The notes: a model not told the origin generated them from the letters alone. Shown: positions 26,958 through 36,743, numbered from the stretch's first letter. The stretch is DNA of 64,000 nt from Candidatus Omnitrophota bacterium (GCA_015233405.1 JADFXT010000006.1:67848-131847), one strand, 5' to 3'. Program-made: numbers and translations.

Positions 26958-27869
26958 CTATTTTCTAAGTTCCACAAATATTGTATCTGAAGTAAAAAAC
27001 AACCTAAAAAACCATACGAAAGAAGGGAAATATTTAGCTAAACGTCTTAATATTTTTGCCAAGATTAAATTCTTTTCTTTATATTTAGCTACAATAATTT
27101 CTGGGGAAATCCACATATCCTCATCCATAATTATTGAGCATTTTAAACGACTTTTTTTGGCAATATTTTTTATTGCCCGAACACTAAATATCGTTAAATG
27201 ATAAGGAGCATATACCCATTTCCACTTCCTGGGATGCCTTCGATCAAATAAAAACCCGTTAATAACAGGCAACCTTAAAAAAATTATTCCTTCCTCATTC
27301 AATTTTTCTTTTATCATAGAAAAAAAGCTGACCGGATCCGGCAAATGTTCAATCACATCAAAAAGAGTGATAACATCAAATTTATGATCTGACAATTTAT
27401 CAAGTGAATTCGCTATTTTTAATCCTAACATTTTTCCATTTTGACAAGCCGCGTCAGAAATATCAACGCCATAACAATCCCAATTATCTTTATGGTGATA
27501 TAACATTAACCCAGGGCCACAACCAAAATCTAAATATTTGAGCCTTCTGTTAGTCTTAATACTTTCGGAAAATCGTTGTTTAAGAGATACAACCTTTTTA
27601 TATGTTAGGCCATTCGACGTATAATCAGCATAAACGTCTTTAATAGTTTGCTCTTTTAGCGGTTTTTCATCATCATTATAAAAACAAGACAAAGAATCCT
27701 CTGCCGGCTGAGGATTTATCATATAAAAATCACAATTCGAACAATAGGAATAATGAAAACCTTCCAAACATAAAACCCCATTCTGGCTGGTAAACGACGT
27801 TTGCAGCTGCCCTTGGCAAATTAAACATTTTTCTAAAGGTTTATTAAACTTAAACTCTTCCCGTCTCAT
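26958..27869 (-). CDS. class I SAM-dependent methyltransferase with N-terminal zinc ribbon
   Basis: 303 aa. CLICQG...CSNCDF, then YLDFGCGPGLM and ITLFDVIEHL. Confidence 0.7.
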   Translation of the reverse strand: MRREEFKFNKPLEKCLICQGQLQTSFTSQNGVLCLEGFHYSYCSNCDFYMINPQPAEDSLSCFYNDDEKPLKEQTIKDVYADYTSNGLTYKKVVSLKQRFSESIKTNRRLKYLDFGCGPGLMLYHHKDNWDCYGVDISDAACQNGKMLGLKIANSLDKLSDHKFDVITLFDVIEHLPDPVSFFSMIKEKLNEEGIIFLRLPVINGFLFDRRHPRKWKWVYAPYHLTIFSVRAIKNIAKKSRLKCSIIMDEDMWISPEIIVAKYKEKNLILAKILRRLAKYFPSFVWFFRLFFTSDTIFVELRK

Positions 27870-27889
27870 TAACTCAAATTCCTCTTTTA

Positions 27890-28825
27890 TTATTTTCTAA
27901 AAACTTTCAAAATCTTTTGAACTGTGCGCTTAACACCGCGCCCATCAATCAACTGTTTGGCCTTTTGAGATTTTTTTTCCCACAAGCGTTCATCTTCCCA
28001 CAAATTTAGAAGTTGTTGTTGTAGATGCCGTGGATTCATGCTGCCGCGCAAGCTTCCACCTTGCCTTAAGAAAACCGGTATAAAATTCTCTTCCTGTTTC
28101 GACTGAGGAAAAACTATCGTCGGGACTCCTAACCTGGTAAATTCCATCAAAGACGTTCCGCCGTTTGTCAGGCCGACTTTGGTCTTGGCCATGATTTCCG
28201 GTAAACGCTCAGGATTTCTTAAAATAGTCACCGGTCCTTTTTTATGGCCTACAAATTCAGAAATTTTTCCTTTCACCATTGGACCGACGACAAAAATAAT
28301 TTTTTTATTCTTATAAAAATCATCCTCTACAAAAATTTTTAACAACTTATCTAAATATCCTCGGCTATCTTTTCCACCTAAAACCGCAACCGCATCAAAT
28401 GTTCGTTTTTTCTGTACAGTTTGCTTTAAGATTTCTTTGCGGATAAGCGCAAACTTTAATACCTTGGCTCCGCCGCGCAGATTGACCGTCTGCGTTATCA
28501 CTCCATCTGTTTTAGAATACCAATCCAACCCGACGGTCGGCCGATTCTGTTTCTTGAGCCATTTAAAGACTTCTGGTTGAAAATCCGTGTGAACATCGAC
28601 GATCACGCCATCAAAAATCTTATTCTTTATAGAAGCAAGTCCTGTGACAAAATGGTCATATCCCGAAATAGCTTTCGATAAACCGATGTTTCTATCATCG
28701 GGAATAATAGCTATAGCCGTAACCTTCTGTTTTTCCACACGTAGACAATCTATAACAAACTTACTGCGTTTAAGATGTCCCATTCCCCATTTTTGGGAAC
28801 CAGCGGCCAGATAGAGAATATTCAT
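27890..28825 (-). CDS. PseG/SpsG-like nucleotide-sugar hydrolase (GT28 C-terminal-domain family)
   Basis: The ORF track opens with TTG at 28834. ATG 28825 (MNILYLAAGSQKWGMGHLKRS) overlaps the upstream stop (TGATG). It has a G-x-GH-x2-R N-terminus and the C-lobe GLTNGGTSLMEFTRLGVPTIVFP. Confidence 0.55.
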   Translation of the reverse strand: MNILYLAAGSQKWGMGHLKRSKFVIDCLRVEKQKVTAIAIIPDDRNIGLSKAISGYDHFVTGLASIKNKIFDGVIVDVHTDFQPEVFKWLKKQNRPTVGLDWYSKTDGVITQTVNLRGGAKVLKFALIRKEILKQTVQKKRTFDAVAVLGGKDSRGYLDKLLKIFVEDDFYKNKKIIFVVGPMVKGKISEFVGHKKGPVTILRNPERLPEIMAKTKVGLTNGGTSLMEFTRLGVPTIVFPQSKQEENFIPVFLRQGGSLRGSMNPRHLQQQLLNLWEDERLWEKKSQKAKQLIDGRGVKRTVQKILKVFRK

Positions 28826-29874
28826 CAACGCCAATCCCCTTTTTGTACCAAAGCCGGGGCCTCTAAGTCACGAGTGGCTTTCTTGCCCAAAATTTTCTCC
28901 AACAAAGACGGAGCGAGACCTGTTCCTGGTCGAAGAACCGATAAATTCTCTGAAGTAAAAATATCTCCCTTTTTCATATTCCTGACGATAAAGCATGATC
29001 GCCGCCCGCGCCGCAAATGAACTTTTTCCACAGCCTGTACTTGCTTAACATGATTGCCCAAAGCCTGTTCGCATTCCCGCATGGCTCGCACCATACTTTC
29101 AAATTCATCCATATTAAGAGCAAAGTCGTGGTCCGGAGACTTCCCGCCGGGTATGGTTACATGTTTCTCATATAAATTCGCACCCAAAGCTGTCGCTGCA
29201 ACAGACACCGATATTCCAGACGTATGGTCCGAATACCCAACTGGGCAACGAAATGCGTTCCTCAATGTATCGAGACATCTTAAATGGACCGAATCAAATG
29301 GTGCAGGATACTGAATCCCACAATGAAAAAGAGCTATTCGCTGTTCGCCAACGCCTTCTATGGCGCTCACCGCTTGCCGAATCTCTTTTAAATTCGCCAT
29401 TCCCGTCGATAAAAGGATCGGAAGCTTCAGTTTCCCTAGATGTTTTAAAAGAGGGATATGCGTGATTTCAAACGAAGCGACTTTCATCGCCGGGACTCCT
29501 ATGTGCGCCAACTGATCAGCACTTTCTTCATCAAAAGGCGTTGCCAAGAAATCGATTTTATTTTCCTTACAACAATTTTTTAATTCTTTCAGCCAAGAGA
29601 CCGGCAATTCCATGTCTTTATAAAGCGCATAAACATTCTTACCGAATTTGGCAAATTTATCCTTGAGCCTTGTTTCCGGGATATCTATATTCGCTGCGAT
29701 TTTATCCGCCTTAAACAACTGGAATTTTACCGCATTGGCCCCCGCTTTCGCTGCCCGTCGGATCATCTCAAACGCCCGGGATTTTTTTTGATCATGGTTC
29801 GAACCGATTTCCGCGATAATATAGCAAGAATCAACGCCCACATGATGTTTGCCTATATAAAAACTTTTTCTCAT
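28825..29874 (-). CDS. nonulosonic acid synthase, NeuB/PseI/LegI/SpsE family (copy 1)
   Basis: 349 aa. Motifs: YIIAEIGSNHDQK, ANAVKFQ, GYSDHTSG, YEKHVT. A C-terminal SAF domain is present (RRSCFIVRNMKKGDIFTSENLSVLRPGTG). Confidence 0.85.
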   Translation of the reverse strand: MRKSFYIGKHHVGVDSCYIIAEIGSNHDQKKSRAFEMIRRAAKAGANAVKFQLFKADKIAANIDIPETRLKDKFAKFGKNVYALYKDMELPVSWLKELKNCCKENKIDFLATPFDEESADQLAHIGVPAMKVASFEITHIPLLKHLGKLKLPILLSTGMANLKEIRQAVSAIEGVGEQRIALFHCGIQYPAPFDSVHLRCLDTLRNAFRCPVGYSDHTSGISVSVAATALGANLYEKHVTIPGGKSPDHDFALNMDEFESMVRAMRECEQALGNHVKQVQAVEKVHLRRGRRSCFIVRNMKKGDIFTSENLSVLRPGTGLAPSLLEKILGKKATRDLEAPALVQKGDWR

Positions 29875-30629
29875 TTTTTCACCACTTGGTCTTCTTTTAA
29901 AGATTTCAATAATCCCTCATTCCTGACAATGTGCGCATTGATTTCATAGATATCTCGTCGATTATCAAGAAAACTTTTAATATCCTCTGCCGTGAAATGG
30001 GGCTTACCCTTCCGGGCAAATTCTTCAAGAATGGTTTTAATCACAATAAAATCTTCCTCTTCATCCAGCGTAAAACGATATTTGCTGTCATCCGTCTTAT
30101 TGCCTAGAGTAATCTTTTTAAAGAGTTCCGGATGTTTATGAAGATATTGCGTCACATGCTCCCGCTCGGATTTCAGTTTGGATTCTTTCCAGGCAACTTC
30201 CAAACTCTTAAAAGAAAGAACTTCACAATCCAGCCCTTCGGCAAAGGTCGGACCTGTATGGACATAATCCACCTTATCTTTCTCATAAACACCAATCGCG
30301 CCGTCGCAAATTGCCGGATCTAATAGCGGGCTATCACCGGTAATCCGGACAACCGTCTGTGGCTGATATTTCTTTGCCGCCTGATAAAATCTATCCAACA
30401 CATCTTCTTCGCTGCCGCGGTAAACATCAAAGCCAATACTTTTTACAAAATCATGCAAAGGGTCGCTTTCCGCATCCACAGATGTCGCGACGACAACCTT
30501 ATCAATTTTCTTAGACATGCTTAAACGTTCCAACAAATGCTGGATCATGGGCTTTCCCAGAACAGTCTTAAGGACTTTTCCGGGTAACCGTGACGACGAC
30601 ATCCGAGCTTGAACAATGGCTAAAATCAT
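29871..30629 (-). CDS. SpsF/FlmC-type cytidylyltransferase (CTP_transf_3)
   Basis: 252 aa. N-terminus ILAIVQARMSSSRLPGKVL. Confidence 0.7.
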   Translation of the reverse strand: MILAIVQARMSSSRLPGKVLKTVLGKPMIQHLLERLSMSKKIDKVVVATSVDAESDPLHDFVKSIGFDVYRGSEEDVLDRFYQAAKKYQPQTVVRITGDSPLLDPAICDGAIGVYEKDKVDYVHTGPTFAEGLDCEVLSFKSLEVAWKESKLKSEREHVTQYLHKHPELFKKITLGNKTDDSKYRFTLDEEEDFIVIKTILEEFARKGKPHFTAEDIKSFLDNRRDIYEINAHIVRNEGLLKSLKEDQVVKK

Positions 30630-31940
30630 TTATGTTAACCTTTTAAATCCCGCGTGGCACACAGGACCTTTTAATAAAGATTTTAACGTGCCCGACTTGA
30701 TGGCCTTCGCTATTTTCTTAAAAGTCTCATCCGAAGCTTTTAAATATTGATCAACAATCACCGTCGTATGAGCATAAGACACATAAACAGCATTGGTCGC
30801 CAAAAAACCTTTTTTAAGCATCTCCTGCGTAAAAATAGTTTTAATAACTAGCGGCTCTTCTTCTTTGATGGCTAGAATCGGAATCGACGGAAAACCGACG
30901 ATCTCAATGTTTAAAGAATACTTCTTAAAAATATCGGTTAATCGTTTACCAATATATTCCCCGACCTTGATCAAATGCTGCGCAACGTTATTCCGCTCAA
31001 AAATCTTGATGACTTCAAGCGCCGCGACAAAACCAATGCGTTCGGTCCAATAGGTGCTGCTGATAAACGTATTCTGGGCGGACTCCATCACGTCTTTTCT
31101 GCCGATGATCGCCGAAATAGGATACCCATTGCCCAACGCTTTTCCTAAAATGGCAATGTCAGGATTAACACCATAGAGCAAATGCATCCCGCCGGTCGTC
31201 ACGCGAAATCCTGACGAAACCTCGTCGAAGATAAGGACCGCTCCGATATCTTTGGCAATAGCCTTCACTTCTTTGAGGAAAACGACATCAACCTTTTTAT
31301 GCCGACCGACTTCCATGATAATGACGCCGATCTCATCTTTGTTTTTGGCAACCAGTTCTTTTAACTCTTCGATTTGCCCGTAACGAAACGGCAATGAAGT
31401 TCCTTTAAGAGCCCTTGGAACGCCTAAAGGTTCCAAGCCGGGCAACAATTGCCCGTCGAGATTCTTGTCATCAGCCAAATTCGCCGCCAAATACCAATCA
31501 TGCCAGCCATGATAACCGCAAAAAGCCACCTTATCTTTTTTGGAATAAGCCCGACCAATGCGAACTCCTATCGCGCAAGCCTCTCCGCCTGTCTTTGAGA
31601 ACCTTGCCATTTGTGCCCAAGGATGTAGCTTAATAAGCTTTTGAGCCAATTCAAATTCTTCATAACAATTTAGCGTCGACATATTCCCATCTTTAATCGC
31701 CTTCATGACCGCTCTGTTAACTTGCGGATGAGCATAACCTAAAATATTCGCGCCAATGCCCATAATGCTCATATCGATATACTTTTTGCCATCTAAGTCC
31801 CAAACTTCAACGCCTTTGGCTTTTTTGTAATAGGCCGGCCATTGGTCCGGAAGAAACATCTCCGGCCTCTTAGATAACAACTGTGTCCCGCCGGGAATAA
31901 GTTGTTTGGCTTGCTTATATAATGCTTGTGATTTTCCCAT
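30630..31940 (-). CDS. class III PLP aminotransferase (glutamate-1-semialdehyde aminomutase-like)
   Basis: Motifs: LIPGGTQLLSKRP, FDEVSSGFR, ILGKALGNGYPISA. I set the start at ATG 31940 (GGAG 6 nt upstream) rather than 31952. Confidence 0.8.
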   Translation of the reverse strand: MGKSQALYKQAKQLIPGGTQLLSKRPEMFLPDQWPAYYKKAKGVEVWDLDGKKYIDMSIMGIGANILGYAHPQVNRAVMKAIKDGNMSTLNCYEEFELAQKLIKLHPWAQMARFSKTGGEACAIGVRIGRAYSKKDKVAFCGYHGWHDWYLAANLADDKNLDGQLLPGLEPLGVPRALKGTSLPFRYGQIEELKELVAKNKDEIGVIIMEVGRHKKVDVVFLKEVKAIAKDIGAVLIFDEVSSGFRVTTGGMHLLYGVNPDIAILGKALGNGYPISAIIGRKDVMESAQNTFISSTYWTERIGFVAALEVIKIFERNNVAQHLIKVGEYIGKRLTDIFKKYSLNIEIVGFPSIPILAIKEEEPLVIKTIFTQEMLKKGFLATNAVYVSYAHTTVIVDQYLKASDETFKKIAKAIKSGTLKSLLKGPVCHAGFKRLT

Positions 31941-31942
31941 GA

Positions 31943-32803
31943 TTAGCTCCATTTATAAGGCAATAAAATATCCTCATCTTGAATGGTTAAACAATTTAAA
32001 CGTTCTTTTAAACTTAAAATCTTATTAAGAAACTCTAGATTCTTAACATGCTCCTTTAAATGTTCCAAACTATCAACGCCGACAATCACCTTATCCAGAT
32101 AGGGATTAGATACGGCATAATTCAAACAAAGCGCACTCAGCGGAATCTGATGGCCCTGCGAAATTTTTCGCAAATCCTCAAGAGGCTTTCTCGCTTTGAA
32201 CAATTTTTCCGATAACTGATCCGGATCTAAATAAACAAGTCCTTGAAGAAAAATGGACCGCGCGTGCAATTCGACATTCATTTCTTTTAGCGTCGGGAAA
32301 TAGGGTTCAAATCTTCTGTCGAAGACGCTGTAAGGAACCTGAAGAATATCCGGGATAATTTTCTTCTTTAACAATAATTCAAGTTCTTCGGGAAGATACA
32401 GCGAAAAACCGGCTTTCCGAAGAAGCCCCTCGTTCTTTAAACGCTCTAAAGATTTCCAAAGATCAGCATTATTTCTAAAATCATCAAACCGATGGAATAA
32501 ATACCCGTAAAGGTTCTTCGATCTTAATCGGCGAAGGGATTCCTTAAAGATCTCCTCCACATCTTGGCCTTGACTTGTAAATTTGGAAACAATATCAAAA
32601 TCAAATTTCTCTTGGTTGATAAATTCTCCAATAACCGCCTCGCTTGTCCCATACGCCGCAGACGTGTCTAAAGTCTTAATGCCTTCCCGACGAGCAAATT
32701 CAAGAATTTTAAAAGCCTCATCCTTTGAAACCTGTCCGGTTTTATTGGCAATGCCATACGAACAACCAAATTGTACGGTTCCAAGCCCGAGCTTATGGAT
32801 CAT
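31943..32803 (-). CDS. aldo/keto reductase
   Basis: 286 aa. Motifs: LGLGTVQFG..YG and LDTSAAYG. Length and pattern are typical of AKRs. Confidence 0.75.
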   Translation of the reverse strand: MIHKLGLGTVQFGCSYGIANKTGQVSKDEAFKILEFARREGIKTLDTSAAYGTSEAVIGEFINQEKFDFDIVSKFTSQGQDVEEIFKESLRRLRSKNLYGYLFHRFDDFRNNADLWKSLERLKNEGLLRKAGFSLYLPEELELLLKKKIIPDILQVPYSVFDRRFEPYFPTLKEMNVELHARSIFLQGLVYLDPDQLSEKLFKARKPLEDLRKISQGHQIPLSALCLNYAVSNPYLDKVIVGVDSLEHLKEHVKNLEFLNKILSLKERLNCLTIQDEDILLPYKWS

Positions 32804-34950
32804 GTTTTATTCTTAAAAACAATATTTTTGATAATAGAAACGATCTTTTGTGCTTCCACTAATGTCATGCTCGCATAAACCGGAATGGACAGACACTGCT
32901 CATAATATCTCTCCGTCTTTTGACAATCTCTCCATTTTGTTCCAAAAGTGTTTTGATAAAACGGATGCGTATAAACGGGGATATAATGGACCTGCGTGGC
33001 AATTCCATGAGTTTTTAACTCTGCCATCAATTGAGCCCGCGTGATGCCGATTTTCTTAAAATCAAACAACAGAACATACAGATGGAAACTGCTATCACAA
33101 TTCTCCGCCTCGAACGGCGTTTGAATATGTTCCAGGCCGCCAAAGGCACGGTTATAAAAATCGACTATTTCCCGTCGACGTTTACGAAACAGCTCAAGTT
33201 TCTTAAGCTGAGAACTCCCTAACGCACACTGTATATCCGTGATGCGATAATTGAACCCTAAATATTTCTGTTCATAATACCAATAGCGTCGATGCCCCTC
33301 TGAATTCTTATCTAAGGCATTGTCTTTATACTCAAACTCCTCTGGGGCGCTGGTTATCCCATGAGACCGAAGATATTGAAGCCTTCTTACTAAATCCTTA
33401 TCCTTGGCTAAAACCGCACCACCTTCGCCGGTGGTGATATGTTTAACAGGATGAAAACTTAAGATAACCATGTCCGAATACGCGCAAGACCCCACTTTGG
33501 TATTCTTATATTTTGATCCCAAGGCATGACAGGCATCCTCAATGATATAAATTTTATGACCATATTCCTGTTCTTTCTTTTGAATAACTTCTCGAATAGC
33601 TTCCATGTCGCAACTTTGCCCTGCAAAATGCACCGGAATAACCGCTTTGGTTTGCGGTGTGATTTTCTTTTCAATTTCTTGAGCAGAAATGTTATACGTT
33701 GTTGGGTCAATGTCCGCAAAAACCGGTTTAGCCCCGCAATAAACCGCGCAATTTGCCGACGCGACAAAGGTATTTGCCGACGTGACGACTTCATCCCCCG
33801 GGCCAACACCGACGGCTAAGCAGGCGATATGTAAGGCGGAGGTCCCGGAATTGACTGCTACCGCAAATTTCGCATCCGTTGCCACGCAAAGAGCCTTTTC
33901 AAATTCTTCGATTTTTGGCCCTTGCGTCAAATTGCGAGACTTAAGGACTTCGACGACGACCGCGATATCATCCTCATCAATACTTTGTCGTCCATAAGGG
34001 ATGGTTTCTAATTGCGGATAAATGACTTTATGAGAAAAATTTCTTATTTTAAGGTACGCTTCATTTTCATAGTCTTTTACAAAACGATTCACGGTCTCTT
34101 CGATGGTCGGCAATTTCCGGCCGATTCCTTTAGATAACTTCGCCGTATCTAGCGATAAATTCTTGCTTCGTTTGGCTTTTAATCCTGCTTTGTCGACGGA
34201 AACGGATTTGATATAATCCTGCGGCAATCCTGTTTTCTTCGCGACCATCTTTAAGAAATCAAATTTTGAAATCGCCGTACGGGTTCCGCAATTAAAAATG
34301 CCGGACAAATTCTTTGTAATAACTCCCCGGATAATTTCCGCCAGATCAACCGTGTAGAGCGAGGAAAAATAAACATCCCGAAAACCCACGACGAGCCGAT
34401 GATGCGTCAACTCTTGAATAACCCATTCGCCTAAACTATATTTATCTTTCCGCGCGTTCCAGCCAAAGAAATTCGTCCGCAAAATAACGCTTTGCGGCAA
34501 TTGCGAAACAATCGCCTCTGCTTTCACCTTTGTTTTCGCGTAAACATTAAGCGGATGAAGAGCATCTTCTTCTTTATACCGGCCTTTTTTGCCGTCATAA
34601 ACCAAATCCGTCGAGATATGGATAAGCTTGGTCTTCTTAGGGTCAAGGCTTTCAGCCAAATTCTGCGTGCCCTTGACATTGCAATCCTGGGCGAGCTTGG
34701 GATTTTCTTCGCAAATATCCACATTCGCTTGGGCGGCGCAGTGAATAACGACGTCCGGAACAAATTCTTTAAGGAAATTTCCCATCTTTTGTTTATCCGA
34801 AAGATCCATCTTGGTAATATAGACATCGCCTATCGCTATCGGGTAAGAATGATACCATCCCAAAATTTGATAACGACGCTTCAAGCAATAGGCCAAATTG
34901 CTGCCCAGAAGTCCGCTAATTCCTGTAATAAGTATTTTTTTCTTGTTCAT
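32800..34950 (-). CDS. fusion protein: N-terminal RmlD-like SDR (dTDP-4-dehydrorhamnose reductase family) + C-terminal PseC-like DegT aminotransferase
   Basis: 716 aa. Residues 1-~300 carry KILITGISGLLGSNL and YAKTKVKAE (YxxxK). From ~317 the sequence reads IPYGRQSIDEDDIAVVVEVLKSRNLTQGPKIEEFEKAL, NSGTSALH, IPVHFAGQ, IIEDACHALGS, LSFHPVKHITTGEGGAVL. Confidence 0.8.
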   Translation of the reverse strand: MNKKKILITGISGLLGSNLAYCLKRRYQILGWYHSYPIAIGDVYITKMDLSDKQKMGNFLKEFVPDVVIHCAAQANVDICEENPKLAQDCNVKGTQNLAESLDPKKTKLIHISTDLVYDGKKGRYKEEDALHPLNVYAKTKVKAEAIVSQLPQSVILRTNFFGWNARKDKYSLGEWVIQELTHHRLVVGFRDVYFSSLYTVDLAEIIRGVITKNLSGIFNCGTRTAISKFDFLKMVAKKTGLPQDYIKSVSVDKAGLKAKRSKNLSLDTAKLSKGIGRKLPTIEETVNRFVKDYENEAYLKIRNFSHKVIYPQLETIPYGRQSIDEDDIAVVVEVLKSRNLTQGPKIEEFEKALCVATDAKFAVAVNSGTSALHIACLAVGVGPGDEVVTSANTFVASANCAVYCGAKPVFADIDPTTYNISAQEIEKKITPQTKAVIPVHFAGQSCDMEAIREVIQKKEQEYGHKIYIIEDACHALGSKYKNTKVGSCAYSDMVILSFHPVKHITTGEGGAVLAKDKDLVRRLQYLRSHGITSAPEEFEYKDNALDKNSEGHRRYWYYEQKYLGFNYRITDIQCALGSSQLKKLELFRKRRREIVDFYNRAFGGLEHIQTPFEAENCDSSFHLYVLLFDFKKIGITRAQLMAELKTHGIATQVHYIPVYTHPFYQNTFGTKWRDCQKTERYYEQCLSIPVYASMTLVEAQKIVSIIKNIVFKNKT

Positions 34951-34952
34951 AT

Positions 34953-35684
34953 TTAAACCTTAGAAAGAAATTTCTTATAAAGGCACTGTGCCATTGCAAG
35001 ATCCACCACATCATCGATATCAACAGATCGTTCTCTCGGCATCACATACGCCGCGGTCTTTTTAGGAATCAGCCGCTTTCCATTCAAAAAACAATCTGTT
35101 TTAACTAAATAAACCGCACCATTAAGGCTATATAACGGTGGCAATTGTTGTCTTTGCGTCGGGACTTTTGCATTTTTTATCGCGTTTTCCACAAGACCTT
35201 CTGAGTTGATCTTCTTCATCCATAGAGGATGCTCCTGCGCTTCCTTGACGCTGACAACGCCGTCTACTTTCCCATTTTTTTTGATCAACAAACGCACACA
35301 ATTATCAATATCTTCCGCCGTTCTTAAAGGCGACGTTGGCTGTAATAACATAAGAAATTCCGGCACATACCCTTCATGTTCCTCATACCATCGCAGCGCA
35401 TGAACAATACTTTCATCAGACGGTGATTTGTCGGACGCTAATTCTTTAGGCCTCAAGAAAGGGATTTCCGCGCCGTATTTTTTTGCTACTTTTGCTATTT
35501 TTAAAGAATCGGTCGAGACAGCGATCCTCGAGAGAAATCGGCTCTTTTTAGCCGCATCGATAGTCCAGGCAATCAACGGCTTGCCGCAAAAGTCCGTAAT
35601 GTTCTTGTCCGGAATCCCTTTGCTGCCGCCTCGCGCTAAAATCAAACCTAAAATTTCGATATTTTTTTTCATGAGTATTCTCAC
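34953..35684 (-). CDS. CMP-nonulosonic acid synthetase (acylneuraminate cytidylyltransferase family, copy 1)
   Basis: 243 aa. Motifs: LGLILARGGSKGIPDKNI, LLQPTSPLR, NGAVY. Confidence 0.8.
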   Translation of the reverse strand: MRILMKKNIEILGLILARGGSKGIPDKNITDFCGKPLIAWTIDAAKKSRFLSRIAVSTDSLKIAKVAKKYGAEIPFLRPKELASDKSPSDESIVHALRWYEEHEGYVPEFLMLLQPTSPLRTAEDIDNCVRLLIKKNGKVDGVVSVKEAQEHPLWMKKINSEGLVENAIKNAKVPTQRQQLPPLYSLNGAVYLVKTDCFLNGKRLIPKKTAAYVMPRERSVDIDDVVDLAMAQCLYKKFLSKV

Positions 35685-36742
35685 TGAAGAAATTGCAATT
35701 TTTCTGCGGCTTTTTTATATTCTTCCCATTGCCCGACATCCACATAAGAATTTTGGGAAATCGGATAAATGCCGACAGATTCCTTTTGAGCCAGAAGAAC
35801 CTTCAAAAGATCAGTCATATCAAAACATTTCTGAGGAATATATTTCAAAACTTTCTTAGACACGACATACAATCCCGTATTGATCGTAAAATCATATTCG
35901 GGCTTTTCATTGATCTTCTTTAATTTGCCGCCTTTAGAAAATTCAAAAACCCCATAAGGGATACGGTAATGCTGTAATGACCCCACAGCGGTTAAAAGAT
36001 GGTTGTTTTCTTTATGAAATTTTAACAAGTCGGTATAATCAGCTCCGACGAAGACATCGCAATTGGACACAAAGAACACATCCGGCATATTTGAAGGCAA
36101 AAGCTTTAAACTCCCGGCGGTCCCTAAAAACTCTTTTTCCCAAACAAAATGAATTTCGTAGGGCTTGTTAATATTATCAAAATAATTTTTGATCATCCCG
36201 CCTTTATAATTGAGCGTCACATAAAAAGTCTTAACTCCCTGAGAGAGGAACTTATCCATAATGACCTCAATAACCGGCTTATCTCCGATAGGGATAAGCG
36301 ACTTAGGAAAAATCTTCGTAAAAGGCCCCAGCCGTTCACCTTTTCCTCCGGACATGATTACGACAGGGACATTTGTTTCTATCAACGGATACGCCGATTT
36401 CGTGTCAAAAGCATCTTCCCAAGACCAAACATTCACAACGCGCTTGTTCTGATCGACAACCGGAACGACATTAATTTTTGTTTCCAGCATCAACTGCTTC
36501 ACAGATTCTTTAGAGCATAAATTATCAGCAAAGATAGGATTAGCATTGAAAATTTTAAAAACCGAATCCGTTAATTTCCCATTCGCCAAAAGATGCCGCC
36601 GGATATCTCCGTCGGTCACAACGCCTTTCAGCGTTTTATTTTTATCAACAATAATAAGGATTCTTTCTCCTCCAATATCCATTCTCTTAAGAGTTTCTTT
36701 AATATTCAAATTGTGATAAACCAGCAATTTTTCTAGTTCCAT
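35681..36742 (-). CDS. CBS-pair + sugar-1-phosphate nucleotidyltransferase (PtmE-like architecture)
   Basis: 353 aa. CBS segments: ILIIVDKNKTLKGVVTDGDIRRHL and VVPVVDQNKRVVNV. NTP-transferase segment: VVIMSGGKGERLGPFTKIFPKSLIPIGDKPVIE. Confidence 0.65.
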   Translation of the reverse strand: MELEKLLVYHNLNIKETLKRMDIGGERILIIVDKNKTLKGVVTDGDIRRHLLANGKLTDSVFKIFNANPIFADNLCSKESVKQLMLETKINVVPVVDQNKRVVNVWSWEDAFDTKSAYPLIETNVPVVIMSGGKGERLGPFTKIFPKSLIPIGDKPVIEVIMDKFLSQGVKTFYVTLNYKGGMIKNYFDNINKPYEIHFVWEKEFLGTAGSLKLLPSNMPDVFFVSNCDVFVGADYTDLLKFHKENNHLLTAVGSLQHYRIPYGVFEFSKGGKLKKINEKPEYDFTINTGLYVVSKKVLKYIPQKCFDMTDLLKVLLAQKESVGIYPISQNSYVDVGQWEEYKKAAEKLQFLQ

Positions 36743-36743
36743 A

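Noticed and set aside
34492-34956. Long plus-strand ORFs, for example 34492..34956 (154 aa), 5196..5630 (144 aa), 35428..35859 (143 aa), 9036..9455 (139 aa) and 24609..24995 (128 aa).
   Set aside because: Each lies entirely antisense to a minus-strand gene with strong family motifs. Their translations are low-complexity or lack motifs, and none has a convincing RBS. They are shadow ORFs.
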